A stretch of DNA of 64,000 nucleotides from Octopus sinensis. Lineage: Eukaryota. Positions 52,216 to 64,000 of the stretch are shown piece by piece; position 1 is the stretch's first letter, and each line of letters begins with the position of its first letter. The stretch is from assembly GCF_006345805.1 (NCBI RefSeq), contig NC_043023.1:8742001-8806000 (forward strand), read 5' to 3'. The notes under the pieces were generated by a model, which saw nothing but the letters and a program-made list of their open reading frames with translations, was not told the DNA's origin and ran no database searches. A program made the position numbers and the translations under genes.

Positions 52216-52542
52216 TGCCTGTTCGTCTATCTCTCTAACTTTCTATATTAAATGTCTACTTAACTACTGTTTTCCAAGTGGTTTTGTTGTCAAGTAGTTC
52301 ACTCCTGGAACCGTTGTACATATATTGCTGTTTAAAACGGAACTTTTCAAGTGTTTGCTACATATTTAAGTAATTGATGCAGGTGTCTTATGTCAGATGC
52401 AAGTTGATGGTTGCAAACAAAATTCCGGCAAACAGCAGAGTGGGTAGCGCAAGTCGAAGACTTAACTCATGGGAGAGAGGATGAGATAATCCGACTTTCT
52501 TTCTCTCTCTCTCACACTCCGTCTGTCTCTCTGTGTTGGGCT

Positions 52543-52574
<32 letters not shown>

Positions 52575-52617
52575 GTCTTTCTGTCTCTCTCTCTCTCTTT
52601 CTGTCTCTATGGATACA

Positions 52618-52736
<119 letters not shown>

Positions 52737-52756
52737 ATATATATATATATATATAT

Positions 52757-53173
52757 CTTTCTCTTTTCTCTTTTACTTGTTAAGTCATTTGACTGCGGCC
52801 ATGCTGGAACACCGCCTTTAGTCGAGCAAATCGACCCCGGAACTTATTCTTTTGTAAGCCCAGTACTTATTCTATCGGTCTATATTGCCGAGCTGCTAGG
52901 CGACGGTGACATAGACACACGAGCATCGGTTGTCAAGCAATGCTAGGGGGACAAACACAGACACTCAAACACTTACACACATATATATATATATATATAC
53001 ATACATATATACGAGAGGTTTTTTCAGTTTCCGTCTACCAAATCCACTCACACGGCTTTGGTCGGCCCGGGGCTATAGCAGAAGACACTTGCCCAAGGGC
53101 CACGCAGTGGGACTGAACCCGGAATCATGTGGTTGGTTAGCAAGCTACTTACCACACACCCACTCCTGCGCCT
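52757..53173 (-). mobile_element. SINE family A
   Basis: Homology to the other copies. Confidence 0.9.
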
Positions 53174-53294
53174 ATATATATATATATTATATATATATAT
53201 GTATGTATGTATATGTATATATATATATGTATGTATATATATATAAATATATATATATATTTATATATATATATATATATATATAGATATATAT

Positions 53295-55025
53295 AATATT
53301 AATTAGAGACAAAACCACTATTTTGCAAAACAAACAAGGAAAGATTTAATCAATACATAAAATTTTAATAAGAGTAAAAAAAAAAAACCGCCACTACAAT
53401 TGTTTCATGTCCTGATCGACAATCTTCAGGTGGATTTCCAATCTAAAATATCAATATTTTAAAATATAAGTATAAAAAATAATAATTTTAAAATAATTAA
53501 AGTATCAATGAAATAATATAAATATATAATCTATATATAACCTATATATAATCCATATATAATCAATATATAAACTAAAATAAACCTATCACAATTAAAT
53601 ATAAAACAAAATAAAAATAAACTATATATACACCCAAACACATATAACTAATTATATATAACCATATCTAAATACATACACTAAATCACACACCTATATA
53701 TATATCCCTATACATACACATAAAACGTCTAGGCAACGATAAATAAATAAAATAGCCAAATACTTCAACACAATACTTATTCATACTCCCTCACACACAC
53801 ATACAACCCACATTCATAAACAATATACGTATACCCGCTCACACATACATATATAAACAACATACAGAACTCGATATATACACCAATATATTCACACCAA
53901 CTATACAGATAAATAAATTACGCAAATAATCCCCCCCCACACACACACCCATTCACACATACATAAACACTCAAAAGCATAATAAATAATTCTTTGCACG
54001 TGGTGATCGAACGTTTTTTTTTAAATTATAAATGGAATAATATATAATCAACTTAAATATACAGAATCTACTACAAAACACCAATAAACCATCATGATAA
54101 ATTAAACCCACATACATATTATGATAAAACTCCCCTTACCATACACAATTACACCTATATAGCAATCCCATATACACATTCACACACAAATATACATACG
54201 TAAAACACACACACACAACATATACGTATACCCCCTCACATATACATATACATACTTACTAAACTCGATATATACAACAATATTTTCACACCCAAACGCA
54301 TACAGATAAATAAATTACACAACTAAAATACGCACACACACACACACATTCCCACATACATAAACACTCAAAAGAAAAACAACATTACTACACATAATAC
54401 GATATATAAAATACTTCATAAGTAACCAGAATATCAAAAGTAACAAGATTAACATAATGAGAAAAAATACATACTTTCAAGTCAGTTTCAAATTATGAAG
54501 TGAAATTAAATTCTAGCCGTTAAAAACGTCAAACAAAATTACGTTACCATAGGAACCTAACATATGTATAAAAAGTATTCCCGCTCTGGAAACGAACATC
54601 ATTTAAAATTATGAATGGAGAAATGGAATAAATGGAATTAAAAATTATATTCACGTGGTAAACGAACATTACTTAAAAATTATGAATGAAATAATGTAAT
54701 AAAATAACAAACATCGTAAATAGACATAAATTACTACGAATTCTTTAATAAAACTACCATGATAAACTAAAACTCATAAAAACATATAATGATAAAACCT
54801 CCCTTTACTAAACTCTATAACATACCTATATAGCAATCCCCCTAACCTATACATTCACACACAAATACACACACGTAAACCACACACCCACGACATATAC
54901 AAATACCCACCTCACTCACACATACCTATACATATGTATAAACCTCAATATATACACCAAAAACCCACTCCCACCCCATACAGACAAATAAACACATACA
55001 TCCCCAAAAATGGGCGCAATCCTAT
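53295..55025 (-). mobile_element. Probable Penelope-like 3' UTR/pLTR remnant with imperfect internal triplication
   Basis: No ORF; strand-skewed composition like 33600-36110; contains a hammerhead. Confidence 0.5.
53391..53433 (-). ncRNA. Minimal type I hammerhead ribozyme
   Basis: CCAC CUGAAGA UUGUC GAUCAG GACAU GAAA CAAUUG UA GUGG. Confidence 0.8.
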
Positions 55026-55028
55026 ATA

Positions 55029-56338
55029 GGTGACAGAGAAGATCTAAAGAACTACCGACCCATATGCTTGCTGTCTCACGTGTACAAGCTGTTCACGAAG
55101 ATAATTCTGAACAGGTTGTCACGTCGTCTCGACGAACTCCAACCAAGGGAGCAAGCAGGCTTCCGGAAGAACTACAGCACAATGGACCACATATTTGCTC
55201 TAACGCAACTGCTGGAGCGAGCAAATGAGTACAAGCTGCCTCTTTGCGTTGCGTTTATAGATTATGAGAAGGCCTTCGATAGCGTCGAAACCAACGCAGT
55301 ACTGAACTCGCTGCAGAGGCAAGGAATCGAAGCGCAATATGTGCAGCTGCTCAGAGAGCCAAATTCCGGATGCGCCACGGACATAGCTCTACTGTCATCA
55401 CCCATACGAGTGCCGGTCGAGAAGGGAGTGAAGCAAGGAGATACAATCTCCCCAAAACTTTTCACTGCATGTCTCGAACAAATCATCAGAGGCATCGAAT
55501 GGCAAGGTGGTGTCAACATCAATGGCGAGCTCCTCACTCACCTCCGTTTCGCTGACGACATCGTACTCATCGCTGAAAACATGGATCAGCTTCAGACCAT
55601 GCTGACGGAGCTCGACATCAAAAGTTCTGCAGTAGGTCTCAAGATGAACCGCATGAAAACAAAGTTCATGCGGTCAGACAATGTACCAACAAGTCGAATG
55701 GTGATCGGCAGTGATGAAATAGAGGAGGTCAGAGAATATGTCTACCTGGGACAGGAAGTAAATATGTGCCGGGATATCAAAAAGGGGATCTCACGGAGAG
55801 TAAGGGCCGGATGGAAGGCGTTCAATGGCATAAGGGATGTGCTCAAGGGAAGGTTGGACAGAACCACCCGCGCCAACCTCATTAACAGTGCAGTACTGCC
55901 TGCAATGTTATATGGTACTGAAACATGGGCTACCACAAAGAGAGAAGAGCAAAGACTGGAAACGGCTCAAAGAGCCATGGAAAGGTCAATGCTTGGTATC
56001 TCGCTGAGAGAGCACATAAGTAGCAAGATCATCAGAAAGAAGTCCGGCGTGAGAGATGTCATCGCAAAGTATACACGCAGCAAGTATAGATGGGCTGGAC
56101 ACGTCGCCCGGCTCACCGATAATCGGTGGACGCACGCAGTTGCCGAGTGGTACCCGCGTGAGCGGAAAAGACCACCCGGAAGACCTCACGACGGTGGAGT
56201 TACGATTTCAGGAGGACGATTGGGATCACTGGATAGAAATCCGCGATCCAGAGAGGAGTAGACAGCGTGCTGTGACCAGCAGTGTCAAATGGACGCCTGA
56301 CGGACTGGTCAGTCAAATTGATCAAAGTGATATATATC
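55029..56338 (+). mobile_element. RTE-clade LINE, 5'-truncated
   Basis: NYRPICLLS, EQAGFR, DYEKAFD, QGDTISP, FADD, YLG, LYGTETW, WAGHVAR; GC content well above surroundings. Confidence 0.93.
55068..56261 (+). CDS. RTE reverse transcriptase, partial, 397 aa without interruption
   Basis: ORF track; all RT motifs in one frame. Confidence 0.8.
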   Translation: MLSHVYKLFTKIILNRLSRRLDELQPREQAGFRKNYSTMDHIFALTQLLERANEYKLPLCVAFIDYEKAFDSVETNAVLNSLQRQGIEAQYVQLLREPNSGCATDIALLSSPIRVPVEKGVKQGDTISPKLFTACLEQIIRGIEWQGGVNINGELLTHLRFADDIVLIAENMDQLQTMLTELDIKSSAVGLKMNRMKTKFMRSDNVPTSRMVIGSDEIEEVREYVYLGQEVNMCRDIKKGISRRVRAGWKAFNGIRDVLKGRLDRTTRANLINSAVLPAMLYGTETWATTKREEQRLETAQRAMERSMLGISLREHISSKIIRKKSGVRDVIAKYTRSKYRWAGHVARLTDNRWTHAVAEWYPRERKRPPGRPHDGGVTISGGRLGSLDRNPRSREE

Positions 56339-56463
56339 AATAAAAGGGATTCTACCCTGTCTGATTTTCACGTTTTATTTACAATCTTATAATGATATAA
56401 TAAAATAAAATAAATATAATATAATAAAATAAAATAATAGAATGTTAAATGTTCATTCTGATT

Positions 56464-56506
56464 GAACTAGTACTTTCATGCATTAAATTCTGCAATCTTC
56501 AGGTTC
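56464..56506 (-). ncRNA. Minimal hammerhead ribozyme in the 3' pLTR
   Basis: GAAC CUGAAGA UUGCA GAAUUUAA UGCAU GAAA GUAC UA GUUC. Confidence 0.85.
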
Positions 56507-59500
56507 ATGTAGTAGTGGTGACAGTCATGCTTCACAATTTCTGACTGTAACGAGATGATTAAATCTGTGCCTTAAATACAGCTGTATAGGCTCCAGATTG
56601 CTAGGTTTTGCAAACTGTATTCTGACCAATCAGTGTGTAGTATCACTCAATTACTTAAGCTGATTGGTTGGTTGAGCTGATTGGTTTAGGCGTCACGCTT
56701 TGTTGAACATGTCAAGAGTCCTGTATCTTAACCCTGGCCGAGGCAGCAATTGTTGGGCTATTTTTAGAAATGTTGTAAATAGCCTTTGTCAGGGATTTCT
56801 ATATTTCAATTGTCATCATCATCTTTGTCAGCACCTTAATTATTGTTGCTAGTGGTGATGGTGGTGGCAATAGAACTTTTAACCCTAAATAAGATAATTT
56901 TCCTGCTCTCTTCATCTTGATCACCTTTAGTATTGTTGTTGTTGTTAGTGGTCATGGTCGTAGCAGTAGAAGTAGTACCTCTAAGTATTATTATTACTGC
57001 TTATTTAGCTTGGGTTCGAATTTATCAATAAAATTCTTTTCTCTGATTTTCCTCACGATTTCACTTGGGCTGTGTAATTTGTAGAATGGAAATATTATAT
57101 ATATTTTCCGACCACATGTTGCTAGGTGGTTACTCAAAGGTATCTGACGGACCTCTGGGTCTCTAATCTTTTGTCGTTGTACACGTGAACGTTCTGATAG
57201 TGCATTTCCCGTCTGACCTACATATATTTCTTCACAATTTGGGCATTTGACGCAGTAAATTAAATTTCTGCTTTTGCAGTTCATATTCGCGTTTGTGAAT
57301 ATTTTCCCGGTTTTTGTGTTTATATATTGGCCGGTATGTATGAATTGGCATGTGCTACATCGGCTATTATTGCATTTAGATACAGTGAATGTTTGGTCTT
57401 TGTTGCTAAGGTCAAATTTTGCCTTTGTTAGTAATTGTTTCAAGTTTTTAGGCTGTCTTTTACTAAGAACCATAGCTCGATCCGTGATTATATATTTTAA
57501 TTCATTACTTTGAGCAATGATTGGTAGGTTTGCTTTGGCAATGTTGAAGATATTCTGGTGACATGGTTGTGTGTCACTATGAATGGTATGACTTCTTGTT
57601 CTTGTTTTCCTCTTCCTTGGGTTGTCCTAAGTTGTTGTATGGGTATTTTTATAGCCCGCTGTATGCCATTTTCTATAAGTAGAGATGGGTATTTTTGTTT
57701 GAGCAAAAATTCTCTTAGTTCTGTTAGGCGTTTGTTCCTGATATTTGCATCTTCTACAATGGTACAAATTCTTCTGGCTAGGCAGTATGGGATGTTGCGT
57801 TTTGTATGTGGTGGATAGCACGACTTAAAATTCAGGTATTGATGTGTGTCTGTGTGTTTATAGTATATATCTGTGGTGATTGTGGTGTCCTTTTTAATTA
57901 CCATTATATCTATGAATGGTAATTTGGTACTACTCATCTCCTTTGTAATTGGAGAGATGGGTGTAGGTTGTTCAGGAGGATATTGAACTCTTCCAGAGTA
58001 TTTAGAGATTCTGTCAGATTATGCAGCAGTCGTCAAGTATCTCTTCCATGCCTTTTCAATATACTTTCTAAATCCAGTGCCATAGTTTACCTCCACCTCT
58101 TGGTGGAGTTGTTGTTCTAAGTATCCAATTACAGAGTTGGCGTAAACGGGAGCAACCTCGTTCCCATCGCCGTGCCTCTAATTTGGATGTAATTCTTTCC
58201 ATTGAAGAAGAACGTGTTTGTTTTCTAGAATAAGTTTGACTGTGTCTAATATAATGACACTGTGAATCTGCTGGGAATCACTTCTCTATGTTTTTCTAAC
58301 CAGTATTTAATCGCCTTTATTCCTAAATCGTGTGGAATATTGGTGTAGAGGCTTACCACATCAAACTTAGTAAAACTGAATTTGTTTCTGTTGTTTTGGG
58401 AAGATGGGACAAGAAGTCGATGTCATCCCTGATAAATGGTATGTAAGTACATAGTGGTTTCAAAACAATGTCAATAAAATTGCTTAGACGGTGGGTAGGG
58501 CATACTGGACCAGCTATAATAGGTCTAAGTTTTAGGTCTTTTGGATGTAGTAATTTTATGTACTCACTTTCTTGTTCTTTTACTGCCTGTTGAATATCTT
58601 TTGATTTATGTATTTTCGGTAAGCCGTAGAGTTGCTGGGATTTTGGTTCAAATTGGTGATGTAGTCTCTTTCATTATCGGTAAGTGAGTTGTAGTGTTTT
58701 GGAATCAGGTTGTTGATCTTTTTCATGATGTGGTGGTCTATATTTGAGGGTATTTCACAATAGAAAGTTGTGTCCTTCAGTTGGTCCTCAACAATTCCTT
58801 ATAGTATTCGGTATCCATAATAACAATTGCACCACCTTTATCTGCTTGTTTTATTATTATTGTTTGATCGTTTTGTATACGTTTACAAGCAGACATCTCT
58901 GATTTGTTAATGTTTTGGCCTAACATTGGTATTGCGTCTAAGGGGAAATTTAGACAGGATATCAATGTATTGGTCAAAATAGTTATTTCTTTCCTTTTGG
59001 TGGGGTGAAATTTGATTTATTCCTTACTAGGGATTCATCAATCTCATTACTTTTGTTAGCGAAGAATTCTACAAGTCGTAATTTTCGACAGAATTTTTGG
59101 ATAGCCTCCTTTAATTCTTGGTGGTTGGCTGTTGGTGTAGGTGTGAATTTCAGTCCTTTTGACAGAAGTTGGATTTCATCATTGTCAAGATCTCTTTTTG
59201 ATAAATAATTATTTTAGGATCTATACGTTCAGTTGTCTTGGGTATGTTTCCTCTTGGATTTTTTTCTTTCTCCCGTGTTTGTTGTCCCTGACGTAAAAAA
59301 TGGATTTTTTCCCGTTTATGATTTATATTCCTGTTGATGTTTGCTTGATGAATTTTGCGTTTTGGTTGTGGTTTTTACCTGGTTTCGTTATGTTTTCTGT
59401 CTTGCTTTTCGTATTATGTATATTATTTATATTATTTTTCACTTTCTTGTTAGTATTGTTTTTAACCACCTGGGAAATGATCTGGGTTTACTTCCAGATC

Positions 59501-60707
59501 TAGATCGGTTCTTTGTCCAGTTTCTTGTGGGTAATCTCTGTTTGGTCTTGAAAATGATCTCCTGTTATTTCTACTGCTAATGGTCTGATCAAAAGAATAT
59601 CTATTTTGTTTGTGCTTTTTGTTCATGTTGTGTGCATTAGGGTGTTTGCATACAAAAAGGAAGAGTTCTTACCGTAGTTCGTCTTCGATTCGTGGTGAAA
59701 CGGGTGTTCATGTTGCCACGTGTTCTGTGGCCTATGTTGCGTTGGTGAGGTTGTCCACTTTTAATGCTATTTCTCAGAGTTCTGGTGACTTTACCGTAAT
59801 TTGTAGCATATTTGTCGAGAAATAATTGTTTCCCGCTGCCAAAACTTTCTTGATCTGCTTTCTTCTTTTGAGATATCTCTGGTCCATAGTTTCTCGCATT
59901 TTCCTGCTATATTGCCGTCGCTAGTTTTGGATATTTCGTCTCTGATTTGATCATCGATAGCTTCGTATTTGGCTTTGTAGCGGAATTGTTTAGAAGGGTA
60001 ATGGAGATGTCGGTCCTGAATTTTATCAAACTAAGGTCCCATCGATGTTTTTTGTTTCTTCCTCTGGTTCTCCTGCAATTTCATTAATTAGGTACTTCCG
60101 ATCCGAGGAAGTATGGTGCCGCTAAAGATATCCATTCCGAATATTCAGCATATTTTTCGCATTTTATATGCCTTCCAGAAGTTTTGTTTCTTCTTATGTT
60201 AAGGAGTTTTTTTTCCATGTCTTCCGTATCTCTTCTCTTTTTCTTTTTCGTGTGTCTCTTTTTCCAGATTTCTTTCGTTTATTTCTGACATTCAAGGAGG
60301 TTGTGGTAGGCTTTCTCTTGTTGGTATCATTTCAGCTAATTCTTAATGTCAGAGTTTATATGTTCATTTCCAAGTTTTTCCGCCTGTAGACTGTTTTTCT
60401 ATTTCCTTTAGAATAGAGGATTGTGTGTCAATCATCGTGATGAGTGTTGATAATTTCGATGAATTTTCCATTAGAATTCTTTCTGATTCTGTTAATTTTT
60501 GTTTGTTGCTTTCCAGACATGTTGGCATATACCAATAGAATATAGATATATATATACGGGTGTGTGTGATTGTGTATAGAAAAATATTTAATAAAAGGAA
60601 TTCCAACCTTGTCTGATTTTCACGTTTTATTTACAATCTTATAATGATATAATTTAAATAATATATATAATAAAATAAAATAATAGATGTTAATGTTCAT
60701 TCTGATT

Positions 60708-60750
60708 GAACTGGTACTTTCATGCATTAAATTCTGCAATCTTCAGGTTC
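60708..60750 (-). ncRNA. Hammerhead in the 5' pLTR, cleavage triplet CCA instead of CUA
   Basis: Same as 56464-56506 except A>G at 60713 on the + strand. Confidence 0.75.
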
Positions 60751-60785
60751 ATGTAGTAGTGGTGACAGTTATGATATAATATAAG

Positions 60786-63700
60786 ATAATGTCACCACTA
60801 CTACATGAACCTGAAGATTGCAGAATTTAATGCATGAAAGTACTAGTTCAATCAGAATGAACATTTAATGTTCTATTATTTTATTTTATTATATTATATT
60901 ATATTATATTATTATATTATATCATTATAAATATTGAAATAAAAATCAGACAAGGTTGGAATTCCTTTTATTAATATATTCTTCTATACACAATCACACA
61001 TCCCGTATATATATATCTATATTCCTATTGTGTATATGCCAACATGTCTGGAAAGCACAAACAAAATTAACAGAATCAGAAAAATTCTAATGGAAATTTC
61101 ATCGAATTATCAACACTCATCACGATGATTGACACACAATCCTCTATTCTAAAGGAATAGAAAAACAGTCTACAGGCGGAAAACTTGGAAATGAACATAA
61201 TAAACTCTGAAATTAAGAATTTAGCTGAAATGATACCAACAAGAGAAAGCCTACCACAACCTCCTTGAATGTCAGAAATAAACGAAAGAAATCTGGAAAA
61301 AAGAGGCACACCGAAAAAGAGAAGAGATACGGAAGACATGGAAAAAAACTCCTTAACATAAGAAAACAAAACTTCTGGAAGGCATATAAATGCGAAAAAT
61401 ATGCTGAATACATTCGGAATGGATATCTTTAGCGGCACCCATACTCCTCGGAAGTACCTAATTAATGAAATTGCAGGAGAACCAGAGGAAAGAACAAAAC
61501 ATCGATGGGACCTTAGTTTGATAAAATTCAGGACCGACATCTCCATTACCCTGTCTAAACATTCCGCTACAAAGCCAAATACGAAGCTATCGATGATCAA
61601 ATCAGAGACGAAATATCCAAAACTAGCGACCGGCAATATAAGCAGAAAAATGCGAGAACTATGGACCAGAGATATCTCAAAAGAAGAAAGCAGATCAGAA
61701 AGTTTTGGCAGCGGAAACAATTATTTCTCGACAAATATGCTACAAATTACGGTAAAGTCACCAGAACTCTGAGAAATAGCATTAAAAGTGGACAACCTCA
61801 CCAACGCAACATAGGCCAGAACACGTGGCAACATGAACACCCGTTTCACCACGAATCGAAGACGAACTACGGTAAGAACTCTTCCCTTTTTGTATGCAAA
61901 CACCCTAATGCACACAACATGAACAAAAAGCACAAACAAAAAGATATTCTTTTGATCAGACCATTAGCAGTAGAAATAACAGGAGATCATTTTCAAGACC
62001 TCAACAGAGATTACCCACAAGAACTGGACAAAGAACCGATCTAGATCTGGAAGTAAACCCAGATCATTTCCCCAGGTGGTTAAAAACAATACTAACAAGA
62101 AATTGAAAAATAATATAAATAATATACATATAAAAACAAACAGAATACGAAAAGAAAACATAACGAAACCAGGTAAAATACCACAACCAAAACGCAAAAT
62201 TCATCAAGCAAACATCAACAGGAATATAAATCATAAACGGGAAAAATTCCATTTTTTACGTCAGGACAACAAACACCGGAGAAAGAAAAATCCAAGAGGA
62301 AACATACCCAAACCACTGAACGTATAGATCCTAAAATAATTAATTTTATCAAAAAGAGATCTTGACAATGATGAAATCCAACTTCTGTCAAAAGGACTGA
62401 AATTCACACCTACACCAACAGCCAACCACCAAGAATTAAAGGAGGCTATCCAAAATTCTGTCGAAATTACGACTTGTAGAATTCTTCGCTAACAAAAGTA
62501 ATGAGATTGATGAATCCCTAGTTAAGGAATAAATCAAATTTCACCCCACCAAAAGGAAGAAATAACTATTTTGACCAATACATTGATATCCTGTCTAAAT
62601 TTCCCCTTAGACGCAATACCAATGTTAGGCCAAACATTAACAAATCAGAGTGTCTGCTTGTAAACGTATACAAAACGATCAAACAATAATAATAAAACAA
62701 GCAGATAAAGGTGGTGCAATTGTTATTATGGATACCGAATACTATAAGGAATTGGTTGAGGACCAACTGAAGGACACAACTTTCTATTGTGAAATACCCT
62801 CAAATATAGACCACCACATCATGAAAAAGATCAACAACCTGATTTCAAACACTACAACTCACTTACCGATAATGAAAGAGACTACATCACCAATTTCGAA
62901 CCAAAACCCAGCAACTTCTACGGCTTACCGAAAATACATAAATCAAGATATTAAACAGGCAGTAAAAGAACAAGAAAGTGAGTACATAAAATTACTACAT
63001 CCAAAAGACCTAACACTTAGACCTATCATAGCTGGTCCAGCATGCCCTACCCACCGTCTACAATTTTATTGACATTGTTTTGAAACCACTATGTACTTAC
63101 CCAGTTTTCTCAGGGATGACATCGACTTCCTGTCCCATCTTCCAAAACAACAAAACACATCTTCAGTTTTACTAAGTTTTGATGTGGTAAGCCTCTACAC
63201 CAATATTCCCACGATTTAGGAATAAAGGCGATTAAATACTGGTTAGAAAACATAGAGAAGTGATTCCCAGTAGATTCACAGTGTCATTTTTTAGACACAG
63301 TCAAACTTATTCTAGAAAACAACACGTTCTTCTTCAATGAAAGAATTACATCCAAATTAGAGGCACGGCGATGGGAACGAGGTTTGCTCCCGTTTACGCC
63401 ACTCTGTAATTGGATACTTAGAACAACAACTCTACCAAGAGGTGGAGGTAAACTATGGCACTGGATTTAGAAAGTATATGAAAAGGCATGGAGAGAGATA
63501 CCTTGACGACTGCTGCATAATCTGGACAGAATCTCCTAAATACTCTGGAAGAGTTCAATATCCTCCTGAACAACCTACACCCATCTCTCTAATTTACAAA
63601 GGAGATGAGTAGTACCAAATTACCATTCATAGATATAATGGTAATTAAAAAGGACACCACCATCACCACAGATATATACTATAAACACACAGACACACAT

Positions 63701-64000
63701 CAATAACTGAATTTTAAGTCGTGACATCCACCACATACAAAACGTAACATCCCATACTGCCTAGCCAGAAGAATTTGTACCATTGTAGAAGATGCAAATA
63801 TCAGGAACAAACGCCTAACAGAACTAAGAGAATTTTTGCTCAAACAGAAATACCCATCTCTACTTATAGAAAATGGCATACAGCGGGCTATAAAAATACC
63901 CATACAACAACTTAGGACAACCCAGGAAGAGGAAAACAAGAACAAGTCATACCATTCATAGTGCACACAACCCATGTCACCAGAATATCTTCAACATTGC
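60786..64000 (+). mobile_element. Inverted copy of the family 2 Penelope-like element, running off the window
   Basis: Reverse complement of 57538-60772 with scattered small indels. Confidence 0.92.
60807..60849 (+). ncRNA. Minimal hammerhead ribozyme in the inverted pLTR
   Basis: GAAC CUGAAGA UUGCA..UGCAU GAAA GUAC UA GUUC, intact. Confidence 0.85.

Larger units (their letters stand above)
56339..60773 (-). mobile_element. Penelope-like element, family 2 (Neptune-type cysteine linker), bounded by ~185 bp direct pseudo-LTRs
   Basis: LSKGLKFTP, ADKGG, LRPII, FDVVSLY, GTAMG, RYLDD, PFIDI; CNNSRCSTC linker; LIYCVKC..IYVGQT GIY-YIG; repeats at 56339-56528 and 60590-60773. Confidence 0.93.

Overview
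Repeat-saturated eukaryotic DNA, most likely Octopus (inferred from the SINE repertoire and microsatellite load). The only host coding sequence found is four intact minus-strand exons of an adhesion GPCR (GAIN end, GPS, TM1, TM2; 24895-30547). The rest is mobile DNA. There are three divergent Tx1-clade LINEs, each abutting a different microsatellite. They share a 5'-UTR motif plus hairpin, an SK-stop/GTAAGT ORF1 end and a 40-41 nt ORF spacer, and one is reduced to ORF1 plus a mini-ORF2. Also present: three R4/Dong-like LINE pieces beside (TAA)n, two Penelope-like families with hammerhead ribozymes, a >=3.2 kb palindrome of one of them, CR1 and RTE fragments, Helentron-like elements and a MITE. 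At least five tRNA-headed SINE families occur, one sharing its tail with Tx1 and one carrying a hammerhead. All calls are by eye, coordinates are approximate at element edges, and many frameshifts may be long-read errors.
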